A stretch of DNA of 64,000 nucleotides from Takakia lepidozioides. Taxonomy: Eukaryota > Plantae > Bryophyta. Location of the stretch: assembly GCA_030704615.1 (NCBI GenBank), contig CM060731.1, positions 20,646,001-20,710,000 of the forward strand, written 5' to 3'. This document shows positions 11,935 through 25,852 of the stretch, in pieces; position 1 is the first letter of the stretch; each line of letters begins with the position of its first letter. The translations under genes and the position numbers were made by a program. The notes under the pieces are model-generated. The model ran no database searches and was not told where the DNA came from. It saw nothing but the letters and a program-made list of their open reading frames with translations.

Positions 11935-14900
11935 GACATTAAGCTGTGTGACCGATCGGTGTTACAAATGGCACCACTCCATAAGGAAATGCTCGTTTCT
12001 GTTGTCTCCTAGTTCTCGGTGGCTAATGTGCACGTGGGAAGCTATATGTTTCTAGAAGAGTCACGCGCAGAGGTCGGCTGGTGGGTCAGTATCTAAGAAG
12101 GCCACTAAAGGCGAATAGAAGTTACTAGACTGTGGTGGTGTGGGAGTGTTGACATTACAAAATTTCACGTCCAATGCGTTGTTGGTACAGAGCATATACG
12201 TATACGAAAATACTGCCATAGATCACACCTACCTAGTCACCGATCTTGGTGGCTTGAGGTTTGTCGAGAGGCGGGGCAGGGGAGCAGTTGGAAGTGGAAG
12301 TCATCAAAGGAGTAAAGGGCTGAGTATGATCAGGGCCCCACCATCTTCATCGTCGATGTACCTTCGTCTGAAGACGGACCTATGTACCTGCAGAAGGTAG
12401 GTCTATCCGGGAAGCAGCGTCTGCGGAGAAGAAGCTGCATGGATGGAAACCATGGCTTCCATCATTCCATGGTAACAGGCACTTCATCCACTCTGTCGTG
12501 ACGTGTCTAGATCAAATCGGAAATGATGTGAGCAATCTAGTAATAATCTCTGCCAGCGATTTGCGCTAATAAGTTAAGTGTGTTCCTCCCACTATGAAAC
12601 CAACCCCACTACTCGGTTTGAAGCATTCCAAAGCGCACGAGTCATCAAGAGCATTTCCTTCAAGCGTTGAGAGATACGTTCATTCTCTACTTCTGTCTCC
12701 AGCATTTCCATAGTCCCTCGTAAGGCAAAGAAGCATGGTGAAAACTTTGGAATCGAGGGAAGTGATCCCGGTTGCTCCCGAGCTTCTGTGGGCTGTGTCC
12801 AAGCGCTCCGATACAGTGTTGCCCATGCTGATCCCTCAATTGTTCGCGAAAATCGTACATAGCGAGGGTAATGGCGGGGCGGGCACCATTCGCACCGTTA
12901 CCTTGGGGCCTGGTACCAGATCTTCCTCTATGCCCCTTGTCATTGCGGTTCTTAGTAGATCCGGACACGAAGTGTCGGCGGTTGTAGCTCCTAGTACTTG
13001 TCCATTATCATGAAAGCGTGTGCCTGATATGCAGTCTATAATTTCTCACCTACATCATGATAATGAGAGAGCGCAGGTTGCATAACTCCGAGAAATTGAA
13101 ATGCATGGTTGAGAAACTGTGATTCCACAAAAATATGAGCGGAGCTTAGGCGCAGGACAAAGAGGGAGACATGATTCAGGTGTTTGTGAGAATGCTCGTG
13201 GAATTGAACGTATGTCACCCTATAGCCATTGAGTCGGATTTTCTAGCGTTAGAACGAGGTGGATCGATGTGTAAGGTGTTGTCTAAGTACTTAATGAATT
13301 TGTATCCTCTTTGTGTGTGTAGTCGTGCCAGGAAACGTGACAGTGAAGGAACGTGTTGAGGTTTTTGACGAAGCCACCAAGACCGTGGTTTACTCCACGA
13401 TCGAGGGAGATCCTAGGTACAGCTCCTTCAAGTCTACCGTAAAGTATCTCCCCGGACCAACGGCTGGCACCACCGAGGCAATTTGGACTGCAGAGTACAC
13501 AGCCGCTGCGGCTGAGGCTCCCCCTCCCGAGGAGCTGAAAAATACTGCACAGGCCGTGCTTAAAGCTCTTGCCGCCTATGCGAGTACGAATCCGGACTTT
13601 GCTGCTTAGAGCATGCCACAGTCTGATCCGGTTTCGTGATCTAAGTTAAGTACTGCAGAAACAAGACGCATAGTTCATGTTTGCTTGTCGTACTGGGTAA
13701 GTGTCACTCTTTTGGTTGGGTTCTATGGATTTGTACCATAGCTCTAGATTATCCAGCCAAATGTTCATGTCGATAAAGGTTTGACAAATGTAATTTACCC
13801 GCATAGATCACTAGTGAGTGTTTGATCTGCAGCCTTTAACATATCCTCCGGAATAGTCCCCTCACGATGCTTTTTGGGGAAGAGAGCTTTGTTCTCTTCA
13901 GGAATTACTACCCACTTGCTGGTTGGCTGGTTTTGAAACTCTCAATGTGTTGTAGTTGAATTTTCCTAGCATTCGCAATAAACGGTTTTGTTACATGTAT
14001 GTATACTCGTATTGTATGTCACCACAATTGCGGCGGGGTCATGGCTTTCATTGAATGGCTTGGAGATTATAGTCAGGACAGTAATAAGTACTCATTCGAC
14101 GTCGAGACTCGAGCGGGTCGTCAACGAGTCAAAAGTTTATATTTGTCGATCACGTCAGATGTCATCTATCTTCGAACGTGAATCTCATACGCATACGGTA
14201 TCATGCTTGAGGTCGGTCCCCCTTGATTAAGTATCTGGAGATAGAGGTCAGACCACTGAAACGGTTGTTCTTAAGAGCTTGGCAAACGTTTTGTATATAA
14301 GTGGATGGGATAATGTCAATCAAGTCATATTGAGGACTTGATCACGGACCTGGAAGTATATGCAGTGGCATGATGACCTTGCTGAACCAGATACAACTGG
14401 AACCTGCCACTTGTTTTCATCTACTTTTTCCTCATAGCAACAGGCAACTGTCAATGGCCTACATGTAAGCTTAGCCTAGAAGCTCCCGACTCCTGGCAGC
14501 AGGATGATAGCCCACGGTTGATCACTTCTAGTCACTAAGCCTGACACTTTATTCTTTTTCTTGTTTTATCCGGATTCCGAAGTGAGTGCAATTTCCACAG
14601 CTACCTAGAAGAAAGCTGCCTGCACTGAAATGAAAGAAATTGGAGCTACAAGTAGGACGAACGGTGGCTGGCTCCAGGGGCTGTCTGCCTCACTGCAATC
14701 ACTTACATACCAGGGCAAAGCAGAGGACTTACAACATTTGGGGGATGCCGGTTTCCACAGATGGGACAGCAATAACTGAGATCAAAGTAGGAATCGACAT
14801 AGGAATGAAGAAAGAGATATCCGGGGAAAGTAACTGAAAATATATTAGGCCTTATACGGTATACCGCCATCTAAATTTCTGCGTATATGATGAGGGAGCT

Positions 14901-16191
14901 GCTTTCATGCGATAGTCAACCAGTTGTCAACCGGTGAGGCCAGACTTCTTCTTCTTTTATTTTGTTTTAAAGAACAGGGGACAGAGGCATTGTGGAGACA
15001 TCTTGCCTAGGCCGAGAACGGAGAACTAGGCTTATCCATTAAGCCTGGTCTATGGAGGGGTTGATGGGCATGATTCATGAAGCTGTGGAAAAAGTATAAA
15101 ACAACAACCCCAAAATCACAAGAGCAAGGACAGAGCCTCTTGCCGCTCGTTGTACCTATTAGATATTCGAGGGAAAATTCGATACCTCACTTCAGTTTCA
15201 GAAGATCCCTGGAGCTCGAAGAAACTAGAAGATCCCAATCCATTCTTCAGGCATATTCATGTCTACTTGTACGTGTTTGGTTGACGTGCTAGTCTGACAT
15301 TCGACACTGCCTTCGACGCTACATAGTCTCATGGTCAGCCTTTTAATACACATCCGACAAAGTATCGGAAGAACCATTGGATTGCAACGGACAGCTTTGA
15401 CGTTATTGCCGAATAGGTGTACCCTTGAGCATTTAACAAGCTAGGCTATATCAGATCTGTGCCCAGTGCTGCAAGGGATGTTGAACATGTTGGATCGCGA
15501 ATATATATACTGCTTGTACATGCTGACACAGAAAATCGTACAGGTGGAGAGTCGTGCTATGGGGCCCTTTAACATATCCTCCGGAATAGTCCCCTCACGA
15601 TGCTTTTTGGGGAAGAGAGCTTTGTTCTCTTCAGGAATTCACCTCGTCCTACAACTTCAACAGTAACTTATATATTCTACAAATCAAGCAATATCCGTAT
15701 TCATTGGCATATGCTCTTGGAAGATGGGCATAGTACTAATTTACAGTATCACTCTTGAATTGTCTCTCTCTACTGTCTCTCTATTGAATCCAATCAGCTC
15801 ACTTAGAACCCTTCATTTGAGAGCTTTATTGGAAAATGATTGAAAAGCAAAAGATGACAGTATATGAGAATCAAACGTCCTTTGAGCAGGAAGAAAGAAG
15901 AAAGCAAACTTTCTAGAATAAAAGCAAGACAGATCATACCAGCCCTTTTATTTTTGGCCCCTTTTTTTGGCATAGGGGTGTCTCGGGCCAACTTTTCTTG
16001 GTGCAATCTGGCTTTTCTTCGCCAAAAAAGGTGGGGCTGCCAATCAATTGCCTAAACTGAATCAGATTACCGAAGGTGGATGAAGGCGCTCCACTCAACA
16101 ACATAAACAGAAAGTTAGAAGGACATAATAATAATAATTTTCCAAAAACAGAATGAAAAAGCTTCAGCTGCTTGCTGTAACTTGTTCTTAA
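11935..16191 (+). repeat. Segmental duplication unit containing PR-10 copy 1 (homologous to ~53604-59833 after removing insertions)
   Basis: Long colinear matches upstream (GCTGTGTGACCGATCGGTGTTACAAATGG), in the gene, and downstream to GCTGTAACTTGTTCTTAA. Confidence 0.85.
12735..13609 (+). CDS. PR-10/Bet v1/MLP-like (SRPBCC fold) protein, 154 aa, copy 1
   Basis: Exons 12735-12912 and 13323-13609 with GT-AG intron at the typical position. Gly-rich loop EGNGGAGTIR, then VKERVEVFDEATKTVVYSTIEGD and a C-terminal helix ending NPDFAA. Confidence 0.9.
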
Positions 16192-16960
16192 CCACTAAAG
16201 TAAATGGGTAGCATTTTTTTCAGTTAGCTGTAAGATGGTCAAAGATGGTATTTGATGGAGGTGGGCCCAAAGCAAAGTTATAGCTTACCGCGTCAGCTAT
16301 TGAATGCACCTAAGCCCCTCCCATTTGGATTAGTATAGGGCCCCCTAGAATTTTGGACATGTGTGAAAAGTGCATATTTTTTGTGGTGTTCAAGTTTTGA
16401 GGGGTTGACTACATGATATGGACCAATGAGCGCGTGGGGCCACTATATGGACAATTCACTCTTTGCTACATCTCCTGAACCAAAATTTCCAGTGTGAATT
16501 GGTGGATTTTATGTGTATTCTTACTTGGCATCTACTCCCCGTTGAAATTTTTCTTTCCAAGCAAAATTTTTCAATGTTTGCTGCATTCAAGCAAAAGTCT
16601 TGTTCTTCTTACCCATGGGTACCCCTAAGCAGTTACATACAAAGGGGCATAGAGGAAAATAGGTCATTACATGCTAAAATTTGGACACAATATCTTGCAT
16701 TTGGTAGGCAACAATTGGTCAAAAGTTGGACATTTAGAACATTGAAAAAATTGGTGGTCAAACCAAGTTTTCCCATGAGTTTTGAAGTATGAGCCTAGAA
16801 TTGGGAGTTCACTCATACATTATAATCTACTCATTTCAACGGTGGAATGACTTGGGAATTTTTTATACTTGCATGTTTTTTCAATCTGCATTTGCATATT
16901 TTAAGGCCAATTCAATAGTTTTCCGTTATAGTTCTTGTTGGATCTTCATTATCATATTGC
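15950..16960 (+). repeat. ~1 kb local duplication; second copy is 18130-19099 continuing at 40285-40345 across the retrotransposon
   Basis: Colinear text GGTGCAATCTGG...CTTCGCCAAAAAAA...TTAACC(A/C)CTAAAGTAAATGGG...TTTTCAATCTGCAT. The second copy resumes with TTCAATAGTTTTCCGTT after 40288. Confidence 0.85.
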
Positions 16961-19099
16961 ATTTTAGTTTGTTTATGACAGATATATAGACAATTTGTAA
17001 GCTTTTATGTAATCAAGCTCTTATTTCTTGCTCATTGTCATGTCCTTGTTCTTGCATATAAGATTGTAGCATCAAAATAGACTAGTTCAAATTTGAATTC
17101 TTGCTTCCAACCATGGCTTTCCCTTATGGTTGCACTAAGCTTAATTGTTATGGGTTGGGCACTTGGGGTTGGGGCATGAAGAGTCGAACTAGCATTGAGG
17201 TGTGCAAGGTGCTTAAATATAAACTAATTGCCGAAGCGCAAACGCAAGCTCAAGTGGTCTGCACATCCAAAACCAGCCAACTACCGCTATCTCTTTAGAA
17301 GACTGCAAGTTGCTTCAATACTATAGTGGGAAGCGAGAAGAGGTGAGGGAGCGTCTGATGGGTTCTTAGTTGAATTGAATACTTTGTTGAGAGTGAGAAT
17401 TTGGCCTGATAACCCACACGGGGATCAAACAATTGGCCAGGGAGAGAACAACTTCCAGCCAGCGGTGGCTCAACTAGTCCCAACCCAGCAAACAGTCCCA
17501 AGTACAATCCCAGAAGGCAACATTTCAGACTTCACGGACACAGGTTTCTCGTTCACAAGGGCAATCGAAAGCAACAACAAAAGACTCGATGAACAATACC
17601 ATTGGCAACACCAACGATCGGGGGAAATCAACCTCTCTCCCCAAGTCTGCATTTCAGCAAATCCTAGGACTAGAGGAAACATCTCTAACCCTATGACTTC
17701 ACTTCTACTCGTACTAGGTCCGAGGCACTGAAACCACTAAAGAAGGGCAAAATTGTGGTGTCAAGCCTGTTAATGGACTTACCACCATGGACTTACCACC
17801 TCAAACTAGTTGTACTCTAGAGAGTTCTTCTTGGGATGTGCATGTTTCAACTATTGAACGTGTACAAAATTTTGCATGAGGCCTGAGGAGGGTGGAATAT
17901 TCTCCATCTGACAGTTTTGAAAGTGCACCCTAACACCCTGACAGTAAAGACAAGAATTTTTGTTAGAGTTCCACATTTGCTTTTGCTAACTCAAGGTGGG
18001 GTGGAGCGGAGCAATTTTCACAAGAGCATTGGGTTTATAGTGGAACGCTAGAACATTACGTTCATTTAACACAAGGAAAGTTATGTTTCTAGGCACAGGG
18101 AACCGCCACTATGTGGAGAATTTTCTATTTTTGGCCTTTTTCTTTTGCATAGGGGTGTTGTGGGCCAACGTTTTTTGGTGCAATCTGGTTTTTCTTCGCC
18201 AAAAAAAGTGGGGCTGGATCATACCAATCAATTGCCTAAAGTAAATTAGACAACAGAAGGGGAGGTGGTGGATGAAGGCGCTCCGCTCAACAACATAAAC
18301 AGAAAGTTAGAAGGACATAATAATAATATTTTTTCAAAAACAGACTGAAAAAGCTTCAGCTCCTTGTTGTAACTTGTTCTTAACCCCTAAAGTAAATGGG
18401 TCGCGTGGTTTTTTCACTTAGCTGTAAGATGGTCAGGATGGTACCTGATGGAGGTGGGCGCAAAGCAAAATTATAGCTTACCCCATCAGCTATTGAAGAC
18501 ACCAAATTCCCTGCCATTTGGATTAGTACAACGCCCCCTAGAATTTTGGACATGTGTGAAAAATGCATATTTTGTGTGGTGTTCAAGTTTTGAGGGGGTT
18601 GACTACATGACATAGACCAATGAGAGCGTGGAGCCAAAACATGTGGACAATTCACTATATGCTACATTTCCTGAACCAAACTTGGAAATTTCAAGTGTGA
18701 ATTGGTGGATTTTCTTTGTATTCTTACCTGACATCTACTCACCGTTGAAATTTTTCTTTCCATGCAAATTTTTTTGTTGTTTGCTGCATTCAAGCAAAAG
18801 TCTTGTTAAGCAGTTACATATAAAGGGGCATTGAGGAAAATAGGTCATTACATGCTAAAATTTGGACACAATATCTTGCATTTGGTAGGCAACAACTGGT
18901 CAAAAGTTAGAGGGGAACCCACATTTAGAACATGGAAAAAATTGGTGGTCAAACCAAGTTTTTTCATGAGTTTTGAAGTATGAGCCTAGAATTGGGGTTC
19001 ACTCCTATATTATAATCAGGTCATTCCAACGGTGGAATGACCTGGGAATTTTTTAAACTTGCATGTTTTTTCAATCTGCATCTGCATGTTTTAGGGGCA

Positions 19100-19520
19100 T
19101 GTCATGGTTTTAGTCATGGTTATCTAGAATTACCTACTTCTAGTTAACTATGACATTTTTAGATATTTATATTTATATTTTGTGTGTTGGGACTTCATTG
19201 GTCTCACATGCCAAGTGAGGTGTCGAGCCTCACTTGAGACATGGAGATAGGTTTTCCCCTTGTGAGTGTTGAGGAGGCTCATCTTCTTGTAGTTGAGCCT
19301 CCATGAGCTTCTCTCACCTCGATAGCTCTAGGTATTGAGAGGGAGTGTGTTGAAGGCTTTGTAGGGTGGATTCCTTTAGCAAAGGTGCCCTTGGCTTGAC
19401 TTAGTTTATGTGATAGAGTGGATTTCACTTGGAAGGACTAGGGCTTATTCTTCATGTGATTGCTTCATGCTTTGAGAGCTTTCATTGTCTTCTACTTCTC
19501 TCATTTCTCATCTCTTATCA
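19100..19520 (+). repeat. Terminal repeat A1 (421 bp), matches A2 at 39790-40211
   Basis: TGTCATGGTTTTAGTC...CTCTTATCA present twice, with about 8 substitutions and 3 single-base indels counted by eye. Confidence 0.95.
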
Positions 19521-20803
19521 CTACAAGAAGATCACCTTATGCTTGTGAGTGCGGAGTGTAAGGATTAGTTTTGCACTTGTATTTTAAAGAGGTTGAGAGC
19601 TAGGAGAATTTAGCTCTTGTATCACAAAGCTTGCAAGGGGTTGCAAGGAAAGGTGCTCAAGTATTGCATGCACCAAGGAGTTGGAGAGCTTGAGAAGAAA
19701 GCTCTTGAGTCACAAGATTTTGCAAGGATTGTAAGGAGGAAGTCTTGTGTGTGTGGAAGCATGGATTCTAGGGTTTGAGAATCCTTTGTATGCATTATGG
19801 AGTCGATGGTGTGCGCCATGGCTTGTGGAGAGTGACTAAAGGCTTATTAGTGCTCATTTCACTATCAAGCTAGGGTTAAGCAAGTTCAAAGTGTGGATGT
19901 TGAAGCCAAGGAGCTATATATGCTTGGGCTTGAAGACAACAAGGACAAGCACTTGGAGAGCACTTAGAAGCTCAAGAGGTTTTGAAAGGGAGCATGTGAA
20001 GAAATCTTCCAATCATGGTGGTGTGGAGCCAAGCTTAGGGTGCCATTGGAAGAGCTTGGAGAACATGTGGTGGGAAATCCTTGAAGGGAAATCATCATTC
20101 AATGTATGCATAGCTTCACCCTAACTATATAATGTGACAAGAGGGGGAGGCAATACTTGGCTATTCATGCTCTTGGTAGTGCGAGCTTTGTGGTGGATAG
20201 TTGACCAAGCAAGTGGTGCATGTGTGGAGCATGCTCGCTTGAGTTTGTAAGTTCAAGTTTGAGAAGGGGAGCTCTTGAATTAGCAAGAGGTGAAGGCCTT
20301 TGAGATCCATTTGTGTGTGAAGTGGAGAGGTGTTGAATCATGTTATGATGAAGGAGAGCAACACATAGGCCAAGAGGTCATGAAACATGCATTCAAATGA
20401 CCACGGGGAGCACATGGATGATGGATTGGTGCAAGACCCCAAATGAGGCATATGGCGTGAGAGTGGGATCCAAGGCGGATTGCTTGGGAGCATTATTGTA
20501 AGTGACAAGCATTGCTCCTACACATTGAGATAATTTGTGTTGATTTGGAGCAATTGTCAAGTGATGAGGAGACAAATGCATGATTGCTCGGCAATGGAGA
20601 TATGGTAGTTTGCAATCAAATCCCAAGGACTAGAAGGGGGATGATTTGGTAGACAATGACTTGCAAGTTGAGTTGGACCACTCTTGGTTGCACATTGGGG
20701 TGGAAGAGAACAAGAAGATGCCTCTTATGACCACCTAGAGACCATATTTTTGCTTGAGTAAAAGCATAGAAGTCAAGGACTTGCATTCTAGCTCTTCATT
20801 ACA

Positions 20804-21397
20804 AACCCTAATAGTGTATGCTCAGACTATACCTCTGTAAGTATACCAAACAGGAGCTTGTCCCTTTGACTATACCTCTGTTGAGGTATCACCATATGTG
20901 AACCCTAATGTGAGACTATACCTCTGTTAGTATACCAAACAGGAGCTTGTCCATTTTACTATACCTCTATTGAGGTATCACCATATGTGAACCCTAATCA
21001 GCTCAGACTATACCTCTGTTAGTATACCAAACAGGAGCTTGTCCCTTTTACTATACCTCTATTGAGGTATCACCATATGTGAACCCTAATGTGAGACTAT
21101 ACCTCTGTTAGTATACCAAACAGGAGCTTGTCCATTTTACTATACCTCTATTGAGGTATCACCATATGTGAACCCTAATCAGCTCAGACTATACCTCTGT
21201 TAGTATACCAAACAGGAGCTTGTCCCTTTTACTATACCTCTGTTGAGGTATCACCATATGTGGACCCTAATCAGCTCAGACTATACCTCTGTTAGTATAC
21301 CAAACAGAACCCTCATTTTCAGACTATACCTTTGTAAAGGTATCATCAACATAAGGGACCCTAGCAACCTCAAACTATACCTCTGTTAAGGTATCAA
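20804..21397 (+). repeat. Tandem array of alternating 89/92-bp units (181-bp higher-order repeat) in the retroelement leader
   Basis: (A/G)ACCCTAAT recurs at 20901, 20990, 21082, 21171 and 21263. Each unit has two ACTATACCTCT subrepeats and the hairpin ATACCTC-N4-GAGGTAT. Confidence 0.9.
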
Positions 21398-21424
21398 CAG
21401 TGAAAGGACTTAGTGAAATTTAAG

Positions 21425-21600
21425 GGCCTTTGGAGGATTGTTTGGAAGATATTTGAGGGCCCTTGGAGGAGTATTTGGAGGATCTTTGGGGTCCTTGGAG
21501 GAGTGTTTGGAGGATTTTTGGGGTCCTTGGAGGACCCTTCGAGGAGCTTTGGTGGACAATGTTGAAGAGCTCTTGAAGGATTGATTGAGGGATATTGAAG
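21425..21600 (+). repeat. Degenerate purine-rich minisatellite (TTGGAGGA motifs)
   Basis: Repeated TTGGAGGA(G/T) blocks with GGGTCC/GGGCCC spacers. Confidence 0.6.
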
Positions 21601-22208
21601 GATATTTGCCACGGCCATACAAGCGAGTGGATAGAGACAAGAGGGAGAGTGGTGGGATGAGAGCATTCTGGGGTTAGGAATTGCTTTAGTTTCTCTTCTC
21701 CATAGTCTTTCACCCTCTCTGTAGGCCAAAACCTTTCCGTAGGTGGAGGCAAGAGTCAGTCCGGGTTTGGGCTGGGGTGTCCTTGCAGGAGCGACACTGT
21801 GGAGTGTTTTTGGTGTGGGGGAGTTGTTGTCTTGATTTTCTTGTGTTTGGATCCCCTCCACACCTGCATGCTTGACTGTGCGCCATGTTATCTTTGTGTG
21901 GGCGCTTGTTTTCATAGGAGGTTGGTCCGGATTTGATCACCGGCCAATCCTAGAGTATGCTGTCAGTGGTGAGGCTGGAGTGATGACCAGCAAGACCACC
22001 AGTATTTCTTCTATGGTGAGGCTGGGTTGATGACCAGCAGACCATAGGAGTGCTTGCGGTGGATGCAGGTGCAGGTACAGGTACGTAGAAACCTATTATT
22101 CCTGCTTGAACCAGTAGCCGCAACAGGTTCTCTACCCGGTTACCTTGTAGAAAGTGGGGATTAGAGACAGGTTGACAACCGGTTGGGTTGTGAGTTTTCA
22201 TCACAGAG

Positions 22209-24984
22209 GTGCCACCAGCTGTTGAGGGGAGTGCCGGTACGAGCACCAGCGATACTAGTGGGTATACAAGACGAGGTGTGCGGTTTAGGCCACTTTCACC
22301 TTCAGTGTCTTCTGAGGAAGGTTCAGATTCGGAGTCCGAAGGATTCTCGCCGAGGGTGCAAGTCATTTCCGTGCCATTGTTGTGGGACACGATGGAGGAG
22401 ATGTATGGACCTACCAAGGGGCCAAGTAGGTACTCTAGAGCTGTGGACACCATCGAGCTTGATGAGTTTATACAAGAGTTTGACAGTTGGTGTGATTTGC
22501 AGCAAATGCGCAATCCACAACTACGCCATTTATGGCGTGGAAGGGGCTATTCCAGTAGCTTGAGGGGCCGCCCATGGATGATTACCATGAATTTAGGCGG
22601 GGACATGCGGTGGAGATTGAGGAGTGGCGAGAGTATTGGTCACCTAATTATGTCTCATTCACTAGAGGCACAAGGGCAGCGGTGACACCAGCAGCTACAC
22701 AAACATCTCCAACTACAAGCACTAGTAGTGGAACAAGTAGTGCCGGTACTTCTGCAGGTGGTACCAGTTCAAAAGGTGCTAGTACTCATCCTGCCACGAC
22801 TACAACACATGTGCCTAGATTCAACCCGGTGGTGGAGTTCTTCCAGGAGTTGCGGAGGAACTACCAAGGTGTACGGAGAGAGAAGCTGCGAAGTTTGCAA
22901 GACTTCCAGCGCAAATCCAGTGAGAGCTTGCGAGAGGCCTACACTCATATGAGGCGCTTGATAAATGTGACCCAAGGGGTTACTAAAGCTCAGGCAGTCC
23001 AGCTCTGGTATGGAATTTTGGACAAGGAGCTCAGGAGAAGGGTGCGGGATGCAACCCTGTTACAAGCGGCCCAACCCACATTAGCGGATGCGGATTGAGC
23101 TCAACATGGTGGAGGAGCGAGTTGTTACCATTGGATTTGGCAAGGACATGCCTGCACGAGGCGCAGCTGCCAGCCCACAGGCACAAGGGACTGCCCAACA
23201 GCGTGGTCAGGGGGGCAAGGTTTCCCAACCCAAGTTCCATGGAGCTTACAGGGGACCTCAGGTGCAGAGGCCCGTGGCATCTTTTGCAGGCCAACAGCAA
23301 CCAGGGGTGATATGTTGGACATGTGGAGGACCCCATGTCAAGAGAGATTACCCAGAGAGTGGCAGAAGGCCGGCACAAGCACAGCCTACACAGTTGCAAT
23401 GTGGGCATTGTGACAAGTATGGGCATGGAGATGCCCAGTGTTATGACTTGCATCCTGAGTTGCGCCCAGGCCAGTTCCAAGGGAACAATGGTGGCCGGGG
23501 GCGAGGTGGACCAGCCTAGAGAGGACGAGGTGGTCGGGCACGAGGTGCAGGCCAAGGGCAAGCTCAACATGGCCAAGGACGCGGAGGTCAGGGTATTGAC
23601 CAAGGCATGGCCAACCGGCTTCAGCAGCTAGAGCAGAGGCTCGCTGCCATGGCTACAGCTCAGGTGGTACCAGCTCCCAGGCAGGATGGTCCACCTCCTG
23701 CTCCTGAGGGAGGAGATATGGGAGGCATGGGATTCATGTGCGGAGCAGCACTACCACTAGTGCAGGTGGAGTCTGCTTCAGCCGTGACTCGAGGAGCAGC
23801 ACGAGTTCCTGAGCCACGAGGTGCAGAGGTGGAATTGGATCCACAGCGTGGGGAGGCAAGCCGTCAGGCGAGGCTTCCTCAGTCATTCACATTGCAGAGA
23901 CAGTGTCGACGCCATCCATGGCACCTAGTTCTCGCCCGACTGTTACCGAGGCGGAGGTTACTATGCCATTGGGGAGAGCTACACGTGCAGCACTGACACC
24001 TGCTACCAAGGCTAGTGCAGCCGGTGTGTTATTGGGGGCAGCCACCTCTGTGTGTCAAGCCCCACTGTTCTCGGCAACCATGATTGCGACGTCGGGGGTA
24101 AGACCAGCTGCAGTGTTCAGACTAGCAGCAACACTCTGCGAGAGTGGGGAAGTCACTTCATCTTCTACGGAGTTACTGGAAGGTGTAGTGGCAGAGGGAT
24201 CCTCGGATTTGAGGGTCAAGACTGCCACGGCTGCGCCATAGCAAGCTGCAGCTGCCAGGTTGATGGAGCTGCCAGCTAGGCCAGCTTTTGAACGCGCCAT
24301 GGTGACACCTGGAGTTGTCTTGTTAGACAACCAGGGAGGCATTTTCACTTTGAGTGGACCGGCAGGCAAGAAGTACCGGCCACTGCGAGTCTTGTTGGAC
24401 TCAGGAGCTCAGCCACTGATGTTGGGCAGAGCTGCTATTGCAGGTTTGGGCCTCATGGAGGCGGATATGGAGTCTTGTCCTTTCCAGATACAGACATCTC
24501 TGGGAGGATCAGAGCAGGCTCGGGGCATGACACGGCGTGAGTTGGCCATTGGACTACAACTAGATCATCCTGTAGATGGCTCAGTGATGCGAGCCAAGGC
24601 CATTGTGACAGACGCGGTCTCTTATGATGTCCTTGTTGGTGGGGCAGTGTTATATCCCAAGGGCTTCACCCTGGACTTTTGGGAGGAGTCAGCATCCTAC
24701 AGGCCTGGATGGCAGTCAGGGGATGGTCGTCGTGCACAGCTCCCTGTGACATTCATTGGGGGTATTTGCGGCTGCCCAGCGGGGCAAGATGCCAACACTA
24801 GCCGCCTTTACAGCTGCAGTTAGTTGGCCTAGAGAGTTGCTGGAAGGCAATGCCCATGCAGAGGATGTGCCACCTCCAGCAGAGCAGGAGACATGCATGG
24901 TACGGCGGAGTTGCCTGCCATGGTTGCTCACACTCCATTATGGGGTACGAGCAAGGATTTGCAGCAGGCTGCTGATGGACGGGT
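22209..24984 (+). pseudogene. gag and aspartic protease of the gypsy element (frameshifts and stops)
   Basis: Capsid-like LDEFIQEFDSWCD and LQDFQRKSSESLREAY. Zn knuckles CWTCGGPH and CGHCDKYGHGDAQC. Protease motif RVLLDSGAQPLMLG...YDVLVG. Confidence 0.85.
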
Positions 24985-25852
24985 GGGGAATGCTTGCGCG
25001 TGAGCGTGGCCGCATGAGCCTGTGAGCCTGTGAGCCTGGCTAGGCTCACGCCACGTCAGCAAGCATCCACGTGTTCAGGCCCTATTTCCGTGCCTTCCCC
25101 CCCCTCCCCCCCCCCCTATTACCGCGGATCAGCTGTCGCCTATGTCCTAATTTTTTATCCCTCTTCATTGCCCCCACATGAATATTCTTTGTGGCCGAGA
25201 ACAATGGCAGGTTTGCAGATGAATTATGATTGAGGTCATGACTGTGGAATGAGGAGATCGCCCACTAGAGAACTGAATATTAAAAGCAATTTTTTTTTTT
25301 TGGCAAACCAGTACATTCATTCCAACACACAAACATTTTTCAATTCCGCAATCCGAAGACCTACCCTAGGCAATCCCTAACTGTACTTACGGGAACGCGC
25401 AAAGAACTTGAAAAACAGTTTGGGGATGGAAGCAAAACCAAAACACAATTTATTGAGCCTCGGTACTTGAACCTAAAGAAATATTGGAGGTTTCAGATGA
25501 ACCACTTCCAGAGTTTACAGCAATATCATCTATGACTACAGCAGCACATCCATGACGTTTTTTATTCCACGACCTTCATGGAGATGCGAATACAGTGTTT
25601 GTTCGGATAACACCCGTGCGCAAGCTTCCGCGTAAACCAGCAAGCGGTTGGATCTAGGGGGACTCGGGGACATGTAGTATCCTTGGAAACCGAAAGGTGT
25701 CTGCTGATTCGATGACTGGTGCCGAACTCTGAAAAGCAAGAAGAGGAATGGTGGTAGATGTTAACATCCAGATATAGACAATGTAAGCCACTATTTGGCG
25801 AACGGGAACGACACAAGGAAATGCAACATATTTTGCACGACTACAGAAGAAC

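Noticed and set aside
17060-17760. 118-aa ORF and possible element between the local duplicates
   Set aside because: No termini, TSD or protein motif could be identified by eye.
20804-21397. Possible CRISPR or telomeric array
   Set aside because: Whole units repeat with no unique spacers, and there is only one AACCCTAA per unit.
21394-21940. Overlapping minus-strand ORFs with repetitive PK/QGP peptides
   Set aside because: By-product of the TTGGAGGA minisatellite; no domain motifs.
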